A stretch of DNA of 57,255 nucleotides, taken from the IMG/VR virus record IMGVR_UViG_3300042294_005616, positions 1 through 57,255 of that record, one strand, 5' to 3'. Below the pieces are notes generated by a model. The model was not told where the DNA came from. It ran no database searches and saw only the letters and a list, made by a program, of their open reading frames with translations. Of this stretch, positions 55,955-57,255 are shown in pieces. The DNA is from a virus. Taxonomy: Duplodnaviria; Caudoviricetes. Made by a program: the position numbers and the translations under genes. Position 1 is the first letter of the stretch; each line of letters starts with the position of its first letter.

Positions 55955-56686
55955 ATGGAAGGAAAACAGTTAGATTTATTTGAAGGTGTGTTGTTAACAG
56001 CCGATCAACAAGAAAAAGTAAACACATATATTGAAAACTGTAAGAAAAATTCAGAGTTCACTCAAAAGAAACACCTCAACATTGTAGGATTGTTGCTTAT
56101 GAATGGTTTTTGTAAGGATGTTCATTTTGAAGAAAGTTGCAAAACAACTATTGAAACACGTACTGTAAAATTAGGTTATACCTATAATAATACTGATTTT
56201 GAAACAGAAGTTACAGCTGAATATAGCCAATCAGATATTTATCTATTAGGGCAAAGGTTTGATTCATATGAAGGCAAAGTTAAACCATCCAAGTTTTACT
56301 TTGATGTTGAAAAAGATAAGATTCAATGTGGTTCAATCACAGAACAATATCGATTCTACAAACCAAGAACACTACTTGAAAAACTCAAATATCACAATGA
56401 AAATGCTGTGTATCGATTTGAGGAACATCAAAAGAAAACAAACCTAGAAAAAAACGTTATTGAAAAATATTCAAAACTATACCCAAATGCTACAATAGAA
56501 GCTAAAGATGATTGGAGCAAATATGGTGGTTCATATCGAATAGTAGAAGTTAAATTTGAATCAGGCAGTTATATTCAGTTTAAGTTAGATACTTACAACC
56601 TCAAAGAATATCTATACAAGAAATATGACGCTGCATTTGAAAAACTTACAACAGAAGAATTGTTAGATAGATTCTCAAAACAGTAA
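55955..56686 (+). CDS. Hypothetical protein
   Basis: After promoter TAG 55905 / TATATT 55928; AAAGTT-ATG start. Confidence 0.6.
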   Translation: MEGKQLDLFEGVLLTADQQEKVNTYIENCKKNSEFTQKKHLNIVGLLLMNGFCKDVHFEESCKTTIETRTVKLGYTYNNTDFETEVTAEYSQSDIYLLGQRFDSYEGKVKPSKFYFDVEKDKIQCGSITEQYRFYKPRTLLEKLKYHNENAVYRFEEHQKKTNLEKNVIEKYSKLYPNATIEAKDDWSKYGGSYRIVEVKFESGSYIQFKLDTYNLKEYLYKKYDAAFEKLTTEELLDRFSKQ

Positions 56687-56693
56687 AAAAGGA

Positions 56694-56723
56694 AGCCCTC
56701 AATTAAGAGGGCTTTCGTATATT
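56694..56723 (+). promoter_or_regulatory. Hairpin AGCCCTC..GAGGGCT running into TTCGTATATT
   Basis: Inverted repeat plus the recurrent promoter core. Confidence 0.5.
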
Positions 56724-56745
56724 TCAGTAAATAAAAAAGAAAGTT

Positions 56746-57030
56746 ATGAAATTTGATTTTGAAAGAGGTAAACAACAATTGATAGAGTGGATGGATGCTG
56801 AATTTGACTGTACATATGGTTATTCACTTCAGTATATTAAAGAACTAAGTACTATAGAAGATGTTCAATATGAAGTAGAATCGTTTCGTCGATTTGAAGA
56901 AAGTTGGGTTGGTAAAACAGCAGCTGTTAATAGAGCTACTACAATGAGAGAAATTTTTGAAGCATTGAAAGACACTGCTATTGAAGATGATGATAATTTT
57001 ATTATTGAACTTTTTACAACTGAGCAATGA
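56746..57030 (+). CDS. Hypothetical protein
   Basis: AAAGTT-ATG start after a promoter. Confidence 0.55.
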   Translation: MKFDFERGKQQLIEWMDAEFDCTYGYSLQYIKELSTIEDVQYEVESFRRFEESWVGKTAAVNRATTMREIFEALKDTAIEDDDNFIIELFTTEQ

Positions 57031-57255
57031 AAACAATAGACAAAGAAGGATTAGAATGGTTAGTAGAAATGGATGTACTACAACCAAACCTTGAAACAAG
57101 AACAATGACAACCGCAGTAGAATTTTTAGAAAGTGTTGAGGTTGATAAGTTTGCTAAAGATAGTATTAAACATAGATACAATAGTTATGGTGAAAACATA
57201 ACTTCAGAAACTCAAAAATTAGATACAATTTATGGATTTAAACAAGGATTCCAAA
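57027..57255 (+). CDS. Hypothetical protein, truncated by the window end
   Basis: Open frame MKTIDKEGLEWLVE.. running to the end; ATGA overlap. Confidence 0.5.
   Translation, partial: MKTIDKEGLEWLVEMDVLQPNLETRTMTTAVEFLESVEVDKFAKDSIKHRYNSYGENITSETQKLDTIYGFKQGFQ

Overview
AT-rich, densely packed segment in which essentially all credible genes lie on the + strand. It reads as part of a large (jumbo/huge, T4-like replication machinery) dsDNA phage genome. The host is most likely a Bacteroidota (Flavobacteria-like): promoters fit T(T/A)G-N20-TAnnTT, ribosome sites are A-rich without Shine-Dalgarno, signal peptides cleave before Gln, and one protein has a GEVED domain. From left to right: (1) a cluster of signal-peptide proteins (possible CsgG-like, GEVED plus dockerin-like, HExxH); (2) a lysis cassette (holin, GH19 endolysin, YkuD-like protein); (3) ThyX and a lytic transglycosylase; (4) a 7-deazaguanine DNA-modification cluster (DpdA/TGT-like, QueC, QueD, QueE, FolE) that also contains a purine phosphoribosyltransferase and a MazG-like pyrophosphohydrolase, just upstream of family B DNA polymerase; (5) sliding clamp, GroES/GroEL, clamp loader, and four late proteins sharing an R-M-Q-x-x-A-G-I-I motif; (6) a PD-(D/E)XK nuclease; (7) a ~16 kb glycosylation island with a pseudaminic-acid-like nonulosonic acid pathway, two NeuB synthases and a formyltransferase; (8) an early region of small genes with two non-canonical tRNA-like RNAs that share an acceptor stem and T-arm. 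All calls come from reading motifs by eye; no database search was run.
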